From the NCBI GenBank assembly GCA_900547855.1, contig URIK01000001.1, positions 1 to 51,109 of the forward strand: a DNA stretch of 51,109 nt, given 5' to 3'. How positions within the stretch are numbered: position 1 is the stretch's first letter; every line of letters begins with the position of its first letter. Both the position numbers and the translations under genes were made by a program. Positions 47,840-51,109 of the stretch are shown here, in pieces. The DNA is from an uncultured Collinsella sp. (GTDB taxonomy: Bacteria > Actinomycetota > Coriobacteriia > Coriobacteriales > Coriobacteriaceae). The notes below the pieces were generated by a model that did no database searches, was not told the origin of the DNA, and saw nothing but the letters and a program-made list of their open reading frames with translations.

Positions 47840-48688
47840 ATGGAGTATCTGAAGCTCAACAACGACGTAGAGATGCCCATCGAGGGTTTGGGCACCTTCC
47901 TCATGACCCCGGCCGAGGCCGAGACGGCCGCAACCGCCGCGCTCGCGGCTGGCTACGAGCACATCGACACCGCCAACGCCTACATGAACGAGCGCGCCGT
48001 GGGCCGTGCCATCGCCAAGAGCGGCATCGCGCGCGACAAGATCTTCATCTCCACCAAGCTCTGGCCGAGCGTCTACGACGCGGGCATGCCGGCGGTGGAC
48101 GCCACGCTCCAGCGCCTGGGGCTCGACTACGTCGACATGCTCATCCTGCACCAGCCGGTAGGCGACTACCTGGCCGCGTGGCGCACGATGGAAGAGGCGT
48201 ACCGCGCAGGCAAGGTGCGCGCCCTCGGCCTCTCCAACTTCCCGCAAGACAAGATCGCCGAGGTCATCGAGGTCGCCGACATCAAGCCGCAGCTCGTGAC
48301 CGTTGAGTGCCACCCCTACCACGTCCAGCGCGACCTGCGCGCCTACCTCGTGCCGTACGGCACGGTGATCGAGGCGTGGTACCCGCTCGGCCACGGCGAC
48401 AAAGGTCTTCTGGAGGAGCCCGTCTTCGTCGCTCTCGCCGAGAAGTACGGCAAGACCCCAGCCCAGGTGATCCTGCGCTGGCACGTGCAGATGGGCACCT
48501 CCATCATCCCCGGCTCCAAGAACCCCGCCCACATCGCCGACAACGTGAACATCTTCGACTTCTCCCTCACCGAAAACGAGATGGCCGAGATTGCCAAGCT
48601 CGACGGGACCATGACCTACTACACCGCCACTGAGGAAGCACTCGCGGGCTACCTGGCCATACGCCCCGATTTCGACGCGCAGGAGTAG
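47840..48688 (+). CDS. Aldo/keto reductase
   Basis: IDTANAY, STKLW, LDYVDMLILHQP, GLSNF, AQVILRW. Confidence 0.95.
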   Translation: MEYLKLNNDVEMPIEGLGTFLMTPAEAETAATAALAAGYEHIDTANAYMNERAVGRAIAKSGIARDKIFISTKLWPSVYDAGMPAVDATLQRLGLDYVDMLILHQPVGDYLAAWRTMEEAYRAGKVRALGLSNFPQDKIAEVIEVADIKPQLVTVECHPYHVQRDLRAYLVPYGTVIEAWYPLGHGDKGLLEEPVFVALAEKYGKTPAQVILRWHVQMGTSIIPGSKNPAHIADNVNIFDFSLTENEMAEIAKLDGTMTYYTATEEALAGYLAIRPDFDAQE

Positions 48689-48690
48689 CA

Positions 48691-48879
48691 CTCAGACGAT
48701 AACGGACCGACCAAGCCGCCGCCGAGGACCAGCCGACTGTCGAGGACGAGCCCGCCGCAGTGCCCGCTGCAGACGGCAACGTCCTCGTGGCCCACTACAC
48801 GGCACAGGGCCACACCGCTGCCGTAGCTCAGACCATCGCCGACGAGCTCGGCCCCGATCTCTTTGAGGTGACACCTAGA
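48691..48879 (+). pseudogene. Remnant of a flavodoxin gene
   Basis: Own translation includes DGNVLVAHYTAQGHTAAVAQTIADELGPDLFEV (flavodoxin N-terminal P-loop region); no start, truncated. Confidence 0.55.
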
Positions 48880-48894
48880 ACCCGCGGGTTATAA

Positions 48895-49851
<957 letters not shown>

Positions 49852-49894
49852 ACGAGCGTCAGACCGCACTGATAACTTACTAGGAGGAATTGCC

Positions 49895-51058
49895 ATGAAC
49901 TCATTCACGTACGACTACCCGGTCAGGAACTACTTCGGCGAGGGGGCCATGGACCAGGCACTCGACGCCGAGATGGGTGCCATGGGCAAGACAGTGATGC
50001 TCGCCTACGGCGGAGGCTCGGTCAAACGAACCGGCGTCTACGGCCACGTGGTCGATAAACTCACGAGCGCGGGCAAGCGCGTGGTGGACTTCGGCGGCAT
50101 CATGCCCAATCCGACCTACGAGAAGTGCCAGGAAGGCGCCGCGCTCGCACGCGAGGAGCAGGTCGACTTCATTCTCGCCGTCGGCGGCGGGTCGGTCTTC
50201 GACTGCTGCAAGGTGGTCTCCGCACAGGCGATGCTTGACGACGACATCGAGACGTTCGAGCACGCCGACGGCAAGATACCGAGCTCGTTCATCCCCATGG
50301 GCTGCATCGTGACGCTCTCCGGCACGGGCGCCGAGCAGAACAACGGCGCCGTCATCACCAACGAGGAGACGCACGTGAAGGGTGCCTATCTGGGGGCGAT
50401 ACCCATGTGGGCGGCGCTCGACCCGGCACTCACGCTCACCGTACCGCACGCGCAGTTCATGAGCGGCGCGTTCGACACGCTCTCGCACTGCATGGAGAGC
50501 TATTTCGGAAGCCCGCGCGGACGCAACGTCACCGACGACATCAACCTCACCATCCAACGTAACGTCATCCGCAACATGCGGATCGTCGCGGACGACGACC
50601 AGAACCTCGATGCCAGAAGCGAGCTCGTATACGACTCCGCCATGGCCGAGAACGGCGTGCTCAAGATCGGCAAGTCAACGGACTTCCAGGCGCACATGAT
50701 CCAGCACCAGTACGGCGCGTACACCCACACCAACCACGGAATGGGCCTCGCGGTCATCCACCCTGCGCTCTACCGCCACCTGGCCCCCGAGGCGCCCGCG
50801 CAGTTCGCCCGCTGGGCGCGCGAGGTGTGGGACGTCGACGCCAAGGGCAAAGACGACCTTACGGTGGCGCTCGAAGGCATCGACCGCCTGCAGACGTTCA
50901 TCGGCGAGATGGGGCTTCCCACAAGCTTCGCCGAGATGGGCTCCGACGCGTCCGACGAGACGCTGCACAAGGTTGCGGACACCTGCGTGCTCACCGGCGG
51001 CTGCGCCAAGAAACTGGAGCGCAGCGAGGTGTTCCGGATTCTGACCGAGTGCCTCTAG
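49895..51058 (+). CDS. Iron-containing alcohol dehydrogenase (YqhD/BdhA-like)
   Basis: AGGAGG RBS; YGGGS, AVGGGS.FD, DTLSH, H...HGMGLA. Confidence 0.93.
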   Translation: MNSFTYDYPVRNYFGEGAMDQALDAEMGAMGKTVMLAYGGGSVKRTGVYGHVVDKLTSAGKRVVDFGGIMPNPTYEKCQEGAALAREEQVDFILAVGGGSVFDCCKVVSAQAMLDDDIETFEHADGKIPSSFIPMGCIVTLSGTGAEQNNGAVITNEETHVKGAYLGAIPMWAALDPALTLTVPHAQFMSGAFDTLSHCMESYFGSPRGRNVTDDINLTIQRNVIRNMRIVADDDQNLDARSELVYDSAMAENGVLKIGKSTDFQAHMIQHQYGAYTHTNHGMGLAVIHPALYRHLAPEAPAQFARWAREVWDVDAKGKDDLTVALEGIDRLQTFIGEMGLPTSFAEMGSDASDETLHKVADTCVLTGGCAKKLERSEVFRILTECL

Positions 51059-51060
51059 AT

Positions 51061-51109
51061 CTGTCTCTTATACACATCTGACGCTGCCGACGACTAGTCG
51101 AGTGTAGAT
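51061..51109 (-). other. Illumina Nextera i5 adapter remnant (technical artefact)
   Basis: CTGTCTCTTATACACATCT + GACGCTGCCGACGA + 8-nt index + GTGTAGAT. Confidence 0.98.

Overview
GC-rich bacterial contig, inferred to be Coriobacteriia (Collinsella-like gut anaerobe) from gene content and style. Both ends carry untrimmed Illumina Nextera adapter and index sequence. It encodes about 40 proteins: a truncated prfC, a GntR/ABC operon, ClC and K+ channels, two hybrid sensor kinases, PatB, TrmO, Dus, a MacB-type ABC fusion, a divergent type IIA topoisomerase pair, and a decaying MerR/LysR-regulated oxidoreductase cluster. The best candidate for an undescribed system is a palindrome-bounded ~6.2 kb cassette (17.9-24.0 kb). 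It contains an agmatine-deiminase-family enzyme, a transcarbamylase whose ornithine/putrescine-binding motifs are all replaced, two paralogous MFS transporters and a TetR with repeated candidate operators. Also notable: several REP/MITE-like palindrome families at 15.3-17.9 kb, a 1455-aa protein with both a Tat-like signal and a sortase-like anchor, and a 51-aa CxxC gene missed by the ORF track. I recognised no rRNA, tRNA, CRISPR array or transposase. All family assignments come from motif recognition by eye, not database searches.
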